A stretch of 64,000 nucleotides of DNA, taken from a virus. The notes under the pieces are model-generated. The model was not told the origin of the DNA. It saw nothing but the letters and a program-made list of their open reading frames with translations, and did no database searches. The stretch lies in the IMG/VR virus record IMGVR_UViG_3300025137_000016; one strand, given 5' to 3'. Of this stretch, positions 10,028-19,127 are shown in pieces. The first letter of the stretch is position 1; each line of letters begins with the position of its first letter. Made by a program: the position numbers and the translations under genes.

Positions 10028-10430
10028 AAGAATCAATACTTTTGATATTGATGGTGTTATCTATATGGGTAAGCACGATGGTGTTTATCCAGGAAAAAGT
10101 GATGTCATTATTACAGGTAGATCTATAGATGAGTGGGATGAAACTACTGCTATGCTACAAGCAAAAGGCATTAAGAATGAAGTCTTTATGAATCCAGCAA
10201 GGTTTGAAAATAAAACTAGACAAGGTTCTGGTATTCATAAAGGCAACATTATAAAAATGTTAAGAGTTCAAAGAGAGATAGAAATAGGAATACATTTTGA
10301 TGACGATCCTATACAAATAAAAGAGATCGAAAGAATAAATCCTGATATCACATGTGTACTATTATCCCATGAATTAGTGGATAAAGAAAACTGTAGACAT
10401 GTAAACTTCTTTGAGTCTGGAGGAGAATAA
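10020..10430 (+). CDS. HAD-superfamily phosphatase
   Basis: FDIDGVI motif I, ITGRS motif II, HFDDD motif IV. Confidence 0.8.
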   Translation: MNRRINTFDIDGVIYMGKHDGVYPGKSDVIITGRSIDEWDETTAMLQAKGIKNEVFMNPARFENKTRQGSGIHKGNIIKMLRVQREIEIGIHFDDDPIQIKEIERINPDITCVLLSHELVDKENCRHVNFFESGGE

Positions 10431-11005
10431 TGATTATAGCAATTGGTGGAGAACCAGCAACAGGTAAATCTACATTGATGAAACAATGGATGAAAGATTA
10501 TACTTGGGATGATGTCAAGTGTACAGATCTATTATATGGTATGCACTGTCAAGAGCTGAATACTATTGTTCTCGGAAAAGACTATTTCAATGAAGAACAG
10601 ATGTTCTGTGGTACTGATAGACTATCAATGGCAGTACAACCTAAAGCCATTGAGTGGTTTAAAACCTCATACAAGCCATCTGGGGTTAATATCGTATTTG
10701 AGGGAGATAGGTTGTTTAGTGCTTCATTTCTTGGCGAAATGACCTCTCAGGGACACGATATACGCATCATTTACATAAAGGCAGACCAAAGTACCCTAGA
10801 CGAAAGACATGTCTCCAGGAACGATAATCAGGACGATAAGTTCCTAAAATCAAGGAAAACCAAGCTATCTAACATATTATCCAACTTCGAGCTTATGCCC
10901 TACATTGAAGAGTTTACAAATAATACAATTGAAGATCAGTCGGTCTTAGTGGAATTAATCTTAAAGGAACTAAATAGTAGTGATGGCAAAATGGTACAGG
11001 GATAA
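10430..11005 (+). CDS. P-loop nucleotide kinase of the type found in base-modification loci
   Basis: GGEPATGKST Walker A, GTDRLSM, FEGDRL. Confidence 0.75.
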   Translation: MIIAIGGEPATGKSTLMKQWMKDYTWDDVKCTDLLYGMHCQELNTIVLGKDYFNEEQMFCGTDRLSMAVQPKAIEWFKTSYKPSGVNIVFEGDRLFSASFLGEMTSQGHDIRIIYIKADQSTLDERHVSRNDNQDDKFLKSRKTKLSNILSNFELMPYIEEFTNNTIEDQSVLVELILKELNSSDGKMVQG

Positions 11006-11543
11006 GGCAACCATTTCAGTACGAGGTGGCGATGCTCCAACTAGAAAACTCATAAGAGAGATGGCACACTATTGTGCTAAAAAACTTATGACTGTTCAAC
11101 TCCGAACTCAAGTCACAATAAATTTCGTAATTACAAAAGACCTTTACTTAACTGAAAAGGTCCAAGGACTATCTTGGATTGATTGCGAAGAATATCGTCC
11201 AAAGAAATTTAAAATACAAGTAGAACACGAATCCAAATTAAGACCTTTATTAGAAACTGTAGCACATGAGATGGTACATATAAAACAATGGGCATCTGGT
11301 GATATGTATGAATATTCAGATGGTAATAGAACTCGCTACAAAAAGAAACAATATAATAATCAAAAAATAGATTATTGGGATTCGCCATGGGAAGTAGAAG
11401 CACATGGTAAAGAGGTTGGTCTATTTGTTCGTTTTTGTGAAGATGAGGGTTATAAAGATGAGAAGTGGGCAAAGGTCGATTTCTTAAAACCTGAATATGC
11501 AAAAAGAATCGCAAAACATATAAAAGCAAAAAGAAAAAAATAG
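10983..11543 (+). CDS. Zinc metallopeptidase-like protein
   Basis: AHEMVH (HExxH) plus PWEVEA; late promoter CTAAATA at 10970. Confidence 0.7.
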   Translation: MAKWYRDKATISVRGGDAPTRKLIREMAHYCAKKLMTVQLRTQVTINFVITKDLYLTEKVQGLSWIDCEEYRPKKFKIQVEHESKLRPLLETVAHEMVHIKQWASGDMYEYSDGNRTRYKKKQYNNQKIDYWDSPWEVEAHGKEVGLFVRFCEDEGYKDEKWAKVDFLKPEYAKRIAKHIKAKRKK

Positions 11544-11546
11544 TCC

Positions 11547-11579
11547 TTTACTTTTGTTCAAAAATAGTTAGAATAAATA
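11547..11579 (+). promoter_or_regulatory. Overlapping sigma70-type and late-type promoters
   Basis: TTTACT-16 nt-TAGAAT overlapping ATAAATA. Confidence 0.6.
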
Positions 11580-11584
11580 GTATT

Positions 11585-12997
11585 ATGGCAAATATATTTA
11601 AAGATAAATATCCCACAGGTCACAAGGTCGTGATCAAAGACAGGCAAGGCTTAACCAAAGTCGGTCCCATCATTCCTAGCATTATCACTCAAGCAAAAGC
11701 AAACATCAATCCAGGAAGTACTGTATTTGAATTAGAGAAAACAAGATTTACTAATTTAAAATATGAAATAAATCTTTCTAAATCTGGTGTTGCTCAAGAA
11801 ATATATATGAGGAAGAGTGGTCACCTGTATAAGTTCATTGGTTCTAAAAGTGTATTAGAAGGTATCTTCAGTCATGCTGGTGATGGAACTTCAGCAAAAT
11901 CTGATACGAATTCTAAAACTGAATGCCAAGAATTAGTGTCTTTACATTTATTCGAGCAAAAATTAAAGTTTGGAAAAGATCAAGATTATGATTATATCGA
12001 ATCATGCCTGCCTACTAAATTAAGAAAGTTCTTTAATGAAGATTTCTATGAAAGTGCTAAAAAACAACTAGCACTATTCCTCAGCAAACACCCCAAGCTA
12101 TTCACAGGTCCAGGATTCATATTTGAATTACAACTAGCCAGTCCTGCAACAAAAAGAATATATGCTAATGCTCTAAAGTTATCTAAACTGAATAAGGATA
12201 ACTGGAATCCAGCTGATATGTGGATCGTGAGTAAGAGTTTAGATTATGATGTTTATGAAACTGCCACTGATATCCAATCAGTTAATAAACAACTAATCGC
12301 AGATTATCAAGCTGGACTTCTAGTTGGAATATCTCTAAAGAAAATCTTGCCAGGACAATTAGGTCAGATACAATTTATTAATACCTCGGAAACAAAAAAG
12401 AAAGAAACTAAATTTGATTTCAGTTTTGAGTTAAATGCTTTGACAGGAAGATCAAAAGCCAAAGATAAAATTAATGGTAATGCTTTTAATAACTTTATCA
12501 TCTACACAAAATCAGGCTTTGGTATTCGTGGTGGGTTTAAAGCATCATCAACAACTTATAGTGTATCACTAGAGGGAAGATTTAAAAACTCTGGTTCACA
12601 GGTTGGTGGTATGGATGCTAAAGTTGTACCCAAAGAATTTGTTAAGAGATATGGATATACATTAAGACAGGGTGGCATTCCTAATATTAAAGCAGAAGAA
12701 AAAATAGCATTACAAGAAATGAAAGAGATCTATGCAAAACATGGTGACAAGGTATCAGTATCAACAGACATGAATACCTATGCTGACTTTCTAAAAGTTT
12801 ACAAAGGTGCGAATGATTTTGAGAAACAAAGATTGTGTCGTATCTCTTCTATGCTATATCCATTCATGGTATTGGCTTTTAATAAGCCGAAGAAGAAACA
12901 GAAGCAGACTGAATTTGAAAATTTAATGGACTGGAGTTATTCCCTAGCGAAGAAAGAAACAGCAGTTGGTGGCTTCTATGTCATCGTAAAACCATAA
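11585..12997 (+). CDS. Putative PD-(D/E)xK restriction-fold nuclease
   Basis: QE helix, DNWNPADMW and GISLKK motifs; very basic protein. Confidence 0.55.
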   Translation: MANIFKDKYPTGHKVVIKDRQGLTKVGPIIPSIITQAKANINPGSTVFELEKTRFTNLKYEINLSKSGVAQEIYMRKSGHLYKFIGSKSVLEGIFSHAGDGTSAKSDTNSKTECQELVSLHLFEQKLKFGKDQDYDYIESCLPTKLRKFFNEDFYESAKKQLALFLSKHPKLFTGPGFIFELQLASPATKRIYANALKLSKLNKDNWNPADMWIVSKSLDYDVYETATDIQSVNKQLIADYQAGLLVGISLKKILPGQLGQIQFINTSETKKKETKFDFSFELNALTGRSKAKDKINGNAFNNFIIYTKSGFGIRGGFKASSTTYSVSLEGRFKNSGSQVGGMDAKVVPKEFVKRYGYTLRQGGIPNIKAEEKIALQEMKEIYAKHGDKVSVSTDMNTYADFLKVYKGANDFEKQRLCRISSMLYPFMVLAFNKPKKKQKQTEFENLMDWSYSLAKKETAVGGFYVIVKP

Positions 12998-13016
12998 ATA
13001 TCCATACCATTAGTTA

Positions 13017-13097
13017 TAAGTCCTTGATTTCATATAACAAAATAAACTAAAAAAAAGTGAGAAAGTTCTTTACTTTTGCCTCAAAATAAGGTAAGAT
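13017..13097 (+). promoter_or_regulatory. Early promoter with IHF-like box and A-tract UP element
   Basis: TAAGTCCTTGATT at 13017, AAAAAAAGTGA, TTTACT-17 nt-TAAGAT at 13069-13097. Confidence 0.75.
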
Positions 13098-13131
13098 ATA
13101 GGTATATTAAATAAAAAAAGAGGTAAATAAT

Positions 13132-13500
13132 ATGAATAAAGAAAATAACGAAACAATAGATCTAGGAATTTATGATAGAGGTCGTTCGACTTTTAACACT
13201 ATTACAATCTGTGGTACTGAATACACTAGACAAGGTGAGTTTTGGAACTACAGCTGGTCAACTACTCAAGATGCTGTTGCAATGTACAAAGACGAATTTT
13301 ACATTGATGAGAATGATATTGTTAGATGGAACTCTAATGATAGAGAACCATTCGGTGATATGCTTCTTGACTTTGAAGAAGCTGGTCTTATCAAACTTAA
13401 ACATGTTTTCAGAACTTGTGAGTCTAGAGATAAAGCGACTGAAGCATTTTGGGCAACACATGACATCTCTGAATTTGTTACAAAAAGACCAGGTGAATAA
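13132..13500 (+). CDS. Hypothetical early protein
   Basis: SD GAGGT; follows early promoter. Confidence 0.7.
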   Translation: MNKENNETIDLGIYDRGRSTFNTITICGTEYTRQGEFWNYSWSTTQDAVAMYKDEFYIDENDIVRWNSNDREPFGDMLLDFEEAGLIKLKHVFRTCESRDKATEAFWATHDISEFVTKRPGE

Positions 13501-13501
13501 T

Positions 13502-13681
13502 ATGAGTTGCGACGTGAGAGATAATATAGCTGATAGAATAATTGACGATGTTGCAGACTTCAGTTCGCAACAGGTATTCCAGGAATTAAAGGATAGAGGA
13601 ATCGTTCTTCATTATTCTGAAGTCCCAAGGGATGTTCTAGTTGAAGTGCTGTATGAGGAAAAAATGGGGTTTTATATTTGA
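13502..13681 (+). CDS. Hypothetical early protein
   Basis: ATG right after the upstream stop; the track's 13172 start is a shadow extension. Confidence 0.55.
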   Translation: MSCDVRDNIADRIIDDVADFSSQQVFQELKDRGIVLHYSEVPRDVLVEVLYEEKMGFYI

Positions 13682-13700
13682 AACCTAAATATTTTTTTTC

Positions 13701-13760
13701 TAAGTCCTTGATTCTAAATGAAAGAATTGTCTTTACTTTTGGTTCAAAAAGTAGTAAGAT
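13701..13760 (+). promoter_or_regulatory. Early promoter with IHF-like box
   Basis: TAAGTCCTTGATT at 13701; TTTACT-17 nt-TAAGAT at 13732-13760. Confidence 0.75.
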
Positions 13761-13794
13761 AAGGGTATATTAATTGATAATGAGAGGAAAAAAT

Positions 13795-13986
13795 ATGAGA
13801 CCAATAACAATACACGATAAACTAGTAAGACTAGTCGAAAGACTAGAAAATGGTTCTTTGTCAAAAGCACAAGCTGTGACAATAGCTAAAAGTATGTGGA
13901 AACAAATCACTCCACTTCTACAAGTTAAAATGACTCCAGAGGAGTTAGTTAATGAGTGGCATACTGAACAATACAGGGGAGAGTAG
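13795..13986 (+). CDS. Hypothetical early protein
   Basis: SD GAGG then ATG. Confidence 0.65.
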   Translation: MRPITIHDKLVRLVERLENGSLSKAQAVTIAKSMWKQITPLLQVKMTPEELVNEWHTEQYRGE

Positions 13987-13992
13987 CCAAAT

Positions 13993-15240
13993 ATGCTAAA
14001 AAGTTTTAAGACGATGTTGACCGAACAGAAAAATGTTCACATGGAACATATTGAAGATCTTATCTTTGATGAGGGAGTTGTGGGTACACGTCGTGCGATA
14101 AACTTTATGCAAGGCATGCGTGACATGTTAGCAGGTGCATCTACCACTAAAGTAAATGCCACTGTTAAATGGGATGGTGCTCCAGCAATCTTTGCTGGTA
14201 CTGATCCAAGAAATGGAAAAAAGTTTGTTGCCAAAAAAGGTATCTTCAATAAAGATCCTAAAGTTTATTACACACCTGCTGATGTCAAAAAAGATACTGC
14301 TGGTGATTTACAAGCAAAGTTATTAATCTGTTTAAAATACTTGCCTAAGATTCTTCCAGATAAAGGTATCTTCCAAGGTGACTTAATGTGGGCAGGTCGT
14401 AATGATTTAAAATTAAAAAATATAGATGGTCAGTCTATGGTGACTTTTCAACCTAATACTATTGTCTATGCTGTTCCTGCGATATCTCCATTATCAAATG
14501 ACATTCGTCGTGCTCATATGGGTATCGTCTGGCATACTGAATATGCTGGAAATACATTTGATACTCTTAGAGCATCGTTTGGTAAAAACATTGCTAAGAA
14601 AATGAAACAATCTGGACCACTAGGTGGCGATGTTTGGTTTGATGATGCTACTTATAAAGATGTGTCTGGGCAAGGTGCTATGACTGCTAAAGAGACTGCT
14701 GCAATTACTAAGCAATTATCTGCTGTCGGAACGCAATTTAGAAATGTAGATGCTGGTGTTGTAAATAGCATTCAAGCTAACAAAGACTTGCTTATTAATA
14801 TCAAGACATTCAACAATACTAAAATAAGAGCAGGTCAAAGAATTACAAATCCAAGTCAGCATGTGACACAGATGTTTCATTATATATCTGACAAGTATCA
14901 AAAAGAGATTGATGCTAAGAAAACTCCAGCTGGTAAAAAGACTTGGGAAGCTAAAAAGAAAGAGATATTATCATTCTTTAAAAACGATAAAGCAAAGATT
15001 GTTCAGATCTTTAAATTGATGAATTTACTAGTGGATGCCAAGCAAACACTTATTAATAAGATGAACCAAATCGGATCTATGAAAACTTTTGTTCGTACTG
15101 CAAATGGATATAAAGTGACTGGAGTAGAGGGATTTGTAGCTATTGATAAGATGTCAGGCAAAGCTGTAAAACTCGTCGATAGATTAGAATTCTCTAGACT
15201 TAATTTTAGTCCAGAAATTTTGAAGGGATGGAATAAATAA
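13993..15240 (+). CDS. Conserved T4-like phage protein with ligase/nucleotidyltransferase-like motifs
   Basis: VKWDG, FQGDL, EGFV and VKLV motifs; N-terminus MLKSFKTMLTE. Confidence 0.6.
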   Translation: MLKSFKTMLTEQKNVHMEHIEDLIFDEGVVGTRRAINFMQGMRDMLAGASTTKVNATVKWDGAPAIFAGTDPRNGKKFVAKKGIFNKDPKVYYTPADVKKDTAGDLQAKLLICLKYLPKILPDKGIFQGDLMWAGRNDLKLKNIDGQSMVTFQPNTIVYAVPAISPLSNDIRRAHMGIVWHTEYAGNTFDTLRASFGKNIAKKMKQSGPLGGDVWFDDATYKDVSGQGAMTAKETAAITKQLSAVGTQFRNVDAGVVNSIQANKDLLINIKTFNNTKIRAGQRITNPSQHVTQMFHYISDKYQKEIDAKKTPAGKKTWEAKKKEILSFFKNDKAKIVQIFKLMNLLVDAKQTLINKMNQIGSMKTFVRTANGYKVTGVEGFVAIDKMSGKAVKLVDRLEFSRLNFSPEILKGWNK

Positions 15241-15299
15241 TTACTAAATATAGGTATTGCGAGCAATACTGCTCTATTATAAATCGATGGGAAATATAA

Positions 15300-18200
15300 A
15301 TGAAAGACTTTAAAACACTTCTTAATGAAGTGCCTAGCAAAAAAATAGTTATCGGCTTTGGCAGGTTTAATCCACCAACGACTGGTCATGAATTGCTTAT
15401 TAATAAAGTCACCCAATATGCTCGTAGCAAAGGCAGTCCTGCCAAAATCTATGTCACTCATACTGAGGACAACAAAAAAAATCCATTAAAACAAGCACGC
15501 AAGATCTATTACATGAAAAGAATGTTTGGACAGAATGTTCCATTAGTCGGAACTAAAGCACCTGACCAAAGAACAATAATAGAAGTTGCCAAGCATCTTA
15601 ATACTGTAGACAAGATTAATGAAATAACTCTTATTGCTGGTAGCGATAGAATTGCTGAGTATAAAAGATTGCTTAACAAATACAATGGTAAAGATTTCAA
15701 TTTTGACAAGATAACAGTTTTATCATCAGGTCGTAGAGATCCTGACTCTGATATGGCTGAAGGAATGTCAGCAACTAAAATGAGAACTGCTGCTACTTCT
15801 GGTAAATTTACTGACTTTAAAAAAGGTGTACCAAGAAGAATGACTATCGCTGATAGCAAAAGACTATTCAACGAAGTTAGAAAGGGCATGGGACTACCAC
15901 CTATAAGAGAAGAAGTAGTTCTACCAACTTCTCAATTAAGAGAAGATTATGTTGCTAAGAAAATATTTAATATTGGTTCAGTAGTAGAAGATGACAAAGG
16001 TGTCTACGAAGTTATGGACCGAGGAGCAAATTATATAAGTGTTTCTGATGAAGATGGAAATGTAAACAAAAAATGGCTACATGAAGTCCGACAGATATCA
16101 GAACAAAATATTGTGAACGATTACCATTCTGAAGACGAACTTAAATACAAAGGATTCGTCACTGAAAATTTACATAATTTTTATGAAATTAAAGACAAGT
16201 TTCTAGACCTATTCGAATCTGATAAAGATCCTGTTGCTGTTCTTACTTGTTTAAAACTAGTTGATCAATCATGTAAGATCTTAGAGGACGCAAGACATCG
16301 AGGATATGCACTATTAGAAGAAGCAGGTGCTGATTCCATTATAAAAATGAAACTGACAGACAGCCTAAATAGTATTAGCGAGTTTGATCAGCACAATTAT
16401 ATTGATGCGATAAATGCCGACTTGGCAGACTTATTAGCTAAGGAACCAAATATGAAACAAGACATTAAAGAGCAGAAAAATCTTAAGATAGATCCTGCCA
16501 ATAAATTCAGATTTACTTCTGCCGACAGAATTAAAGTCGCTAGAATTATTGCTGGCTCATTGGGTGTAGACAATCCTGAGAAGATGTCTAATCCAACTCA
16601 ACTTATTAATTATGGTCTTAGAAAATTAAGATCTAAAAGAGTGACTCCAGAGTTTGCTGATATTGTTAAAAAGATGCTAGTGACAGCTAAGACTGCAGGC
16701 ATCGATTATGATAGACAATATTTACCACCACTAATGAAGACAGGTAGATTTGCTGTAGAAAGTAAATCCTTCACGCAATTCGTAAAAGAAGTTTCAGGTT
16801 CTGGTGTAGATCCTATCGTATTACAACTAAGAAAAAATATTAATCTAAAAGGCAATTACACTTTTGAGTTTAGAGATGGCTCTAAAGGTAAGATGTCTCC
16901 AGGAGCATCTGAAGGAATCTTAAACAAATACGATGCACTTCGTAGACCTAATCAAAAATTGAATGTATCTAATCCTATGGGTAAATCAATGAACTCTTTA
17001 AAAGATACATTGAAGAACTGGGACGCAGTTGCTAATAAAGAAAAGAAAGCAGCAGTTGGTGCAGATGGTAAAAAGAAAACAGGTAGAGATGAGCCACTTC
17101 GTGGATTAAAGAATCCTATGGATGAAATGTTTACTGAAGCCGATCTACCAGAAGCATGGGTAAAAACTGAAGCTGATCTAGAGAAGTTTTGGAAAACAAA
17201 AACTGAAGATGTAAAAGCTACTAAAGAAAGAATTACAAAAGAAAAAGAAGCTGATAAAATGAAGCATGATAAAATGATGGATCGTGCTAGAACTCAACAA
17301 GCTAGAAAAAAGAATATTGAAACAAAACCTTCTATCAAAAAAGAAGAGTATTATAATGTCGTATATAAAGGCAAAGACGGAAAGCCAGAGTCAGGTAAAG
17401 AAAAAAGATTTGGCGATAAAGAAGCTGCAAAAAAATATGCCAAGCAAGGTAATACCATTAACACTGTTGGTGGTAAGTATCATGTATATAAAGTAGATGA
17501 AGAGTCTGAAGGCACAGATGGAACAATGGGTGTTGGTGCTGATGTCACTCGTAAAGTAAGACAAGGCTTAAGAGCTGATCTTATGATGAGAATGACTAGA
17601 GTTAAAGATAAAATGTCTAAAGCTGAAAAGGGTTCTAAAGAGTTTCAAGAATTATATGCTGAGTACAAAAAATGTAAAGGTATGATGCAAAGTCTCCCAG
17701 GGAAAAAGGGTGCTAATGAAGAAAAGATTTGGGAAGTAAAAAGACCAAGTGTTGATGTAGTAGATACTAATAGCAATTATAATATGGCGAAGTCTATTAT
17801 GTCGTTTGACGATTACAAAAAAATGTTGAAACTTGCTGGTGGTATTGAAAAGCGAGATGAAACTGGTCAGATGGAATCTCAAAAAAAAAGAATTAAGGAC
17901 GAGCAACGATTTAAGTTTGAAGAAGATGTTGCAGTCAAACAAGCTAACGATCTAGCAAAAGGCACTGAGCAGGAAATGACTCCTGAGCCTGAAGATAAAC
18001 CTAAAGCATCAAAGATTAAAAAGAAATCAGGAACACCAAAGTCGGATGATCCTTATGACTTAGAAATATTTGTAGCAGATCCTAAAGCTGACGCAATGCT
18101 AGATAATCTCGACGATAAAGAGATTGATAAAGTTGTTGCTATGTTTAATGCTGACGAAGATCCTATGAATTCTAAGTTAGATATTTTTGATTTATATGAC

Positions 18201-18758
18201 GATGAAGAATTAGCAATAGAAGTAGAGGATGAAGATGAAGAAATCTCTATGGAAGAATTTGAAGTTGAAGAAAATGCTGAACAATTAAATGAAGTATTAT
18301 CTAGAACTGAAAGAATCAAAGCTAGAGTTAGAGTGCGAAGAACTAAAGCACGTCGTTCAAGAGCTGTTAAGATTGCACTTCGTAGACACTCATCTACACA
18401 AGTAATAAATAGTAGAGCAAGACGATTAGCTGTTAAGCTATTAAAAAGAAGATTCTTTAAGAAAGCTCCAAGCCAATTATCAGTTGGTGAAAGAGAAAGA
18501 GCTGAAGCAAGAATCGCTAAGATGCGTCATGTAGTAAAAAGAATTGCTTTGAAGTTAGCACCTAAAGTAAGGCAGATGGAAAAGAAAAGATTGCACGGCA
18601 GAAAATCTGGTGGGGCAAAATTCAAATCTGCATTAAAAGGTGGACGAATTAATACTAACAGACAAGCTGGTCGTAAGACTAAAGGTAATACAGTTGGACA
18701 AAGAGCCAGAGCTGGTAAAGGTTATGGTGGAAAGACAGGAAAGAAATATGGTGGTTAA
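15300..18758 (+). CDS. Cytidyltransferase-like (HxGH) domain fused to a long charged, probably virion-internal region
   Basis: FGRFNPPTTGH, AGSDR and MSATKMR motifs; late promoter CTAAATA at 15244. Confidence 0.75.
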   Translation: MKDFKTLLNEVPSKKIVIGFGRFNPPTTGHELLINKVTQYARSKGSPAKIYVTHTEDNKKNPLKQARKIYYMKRMFGQNVPLVGTKAPDQRTIIEVAKHLNTVDKINEITLIAGSDRIAEYKRLLNKYNGKDFNFDKITVLSSGRRDPDSDMAEGMSATKMRTAATSGKFTDFKKGVPRRMTIADSKRLFNEVRKGMGLPPIREEVVLPTSQLREDYVAKKIFNIGSVVEDDKGVYEVMDRGANYISVSDEDGNVNKKWLHEVRQISEQNIVNDYHSEDELKYKGFVTENLHNFYEIKDKFLDLFESDKDPVAVLTCLKLVDQSCKILEDARHRGYALLEEAGADSIIKMKLTDSLNSISEFDQHNYIDAINADLADLLAKEPNMKQDIKEQKNLKIDPANKFRFTSADRIKVARIIAGSLGVDNPEKMSNPTQLINYGLRKLRSKRVTPEFADIVKKMLVTAKTAGIDYDRQYLPPLMKTGRFAVESKSFTQFVKEVSGSGVDPIVLQLRKNINLKGNYTFEFRDGSKGKMSPGASEGILNKYDALRRPNQKLNVSNPMGKSMNSLKDTLKNWDAVANKEKKAAVGADGKKKTGRDEPLRGLKNPMDEMFTEADLPEAWVKTEADLEKFWKTKTEDVKATKERITKEKEADKMKHDKMMDRARTQQARKKNIETKPSIKKEEYYNVVYKGKDGKPESGKEKRFGDKEAAKKYAKQGNTINTVGGKYHVYKVDEESEGTDGTMGVGADVTRKVRQGLRADLMMRMTRVKDKMSKAEKGSKEFQELYAEYKKCKGMMQSLPGKKGANEEKIWEVKRPSVDVVDTNSNYNMAKSIMSFDDYKKMLKLAGGIEKRDETGQMESQKKRIKDEQRFKFEEDVAVKQANDLAKGTEQEMTPEPEDKPKASKIKKKSGTPKSDDPYDLEIFVADPKADAMLDNLDDKEIDKVVAMFNADEDPMNSKLDIFDLYDDEELAIEVEDEDEEISMEEFEVEENAEQLNEVLSRTERIKARVRVRRTKARRSRAVKIALRRHSSTQVINSRARRLAVKLLKRRFFKKAPSQLSVGERERAEARIAKMRHVVKRIALKLAPKVRQMEKKRLHGRKSGGAKFKSALKGGRINTNRQAGRKTKGNTVGQRARAGKGYGGKTGKKYGG

Positions 18759-19101
18759 ATCATTTAAAGAACATAGAGAAGAATCTATAGACTCAATATG
18801 TGAAGCTATGGAACTTCCTGTATTAAGCGAAGCCGAATACCAAGGAAAGAAAGTCACACTTAATGATCCTATTCGTACTTCTGAAAATCCTAAAAAGAAA
18901 TTCAAAGTATATGTAAAAGGTCCAAAGGGTAATGTTGTTGTAGTTCGCTTTGGCGATGCTAACATGTCTATCAAAAGAGACGATCCTAAAAGACGAAAAA
19001 GTTTTAGAGCAAGACATGGGTGTGATAATCCAGGTCCGAAATTCAAAGCTAAATATTGGAGTTGCTACCAGTGGAGAGCAGGAAGCAAAGTAGATAGTTA
19101 A
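18748..19101 (+). CDS. Basic conserved viral protein, probably virion-internal
   Basis: VRFGD..RRKSFRARH..YWSC pattern; N-terminus MVVKSFKEHREE. Confidence 0.6.
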   Translation: MVVKSFKEHREESIDSICEAMELPVLSEAEYQGKKVTLNDPIRTSENPKKKFKVYVKGPKGNVVVVRFGDANMSIKRDDPKRRKSFRARHGCDNPGPKFKAKYWSCYQWRAGSKVDS

Positions 19102-19127
19102 ATTTTATTAATAATTGGAGATTATGA

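Noticed and set aside
13172-13501. Long N-terminal extensions given in the track for this ORF (likewise 18640, 29023 and 50391)
   Set aside because: They overlap upstream genes; downstream ATGs with better SD or coupling exist.
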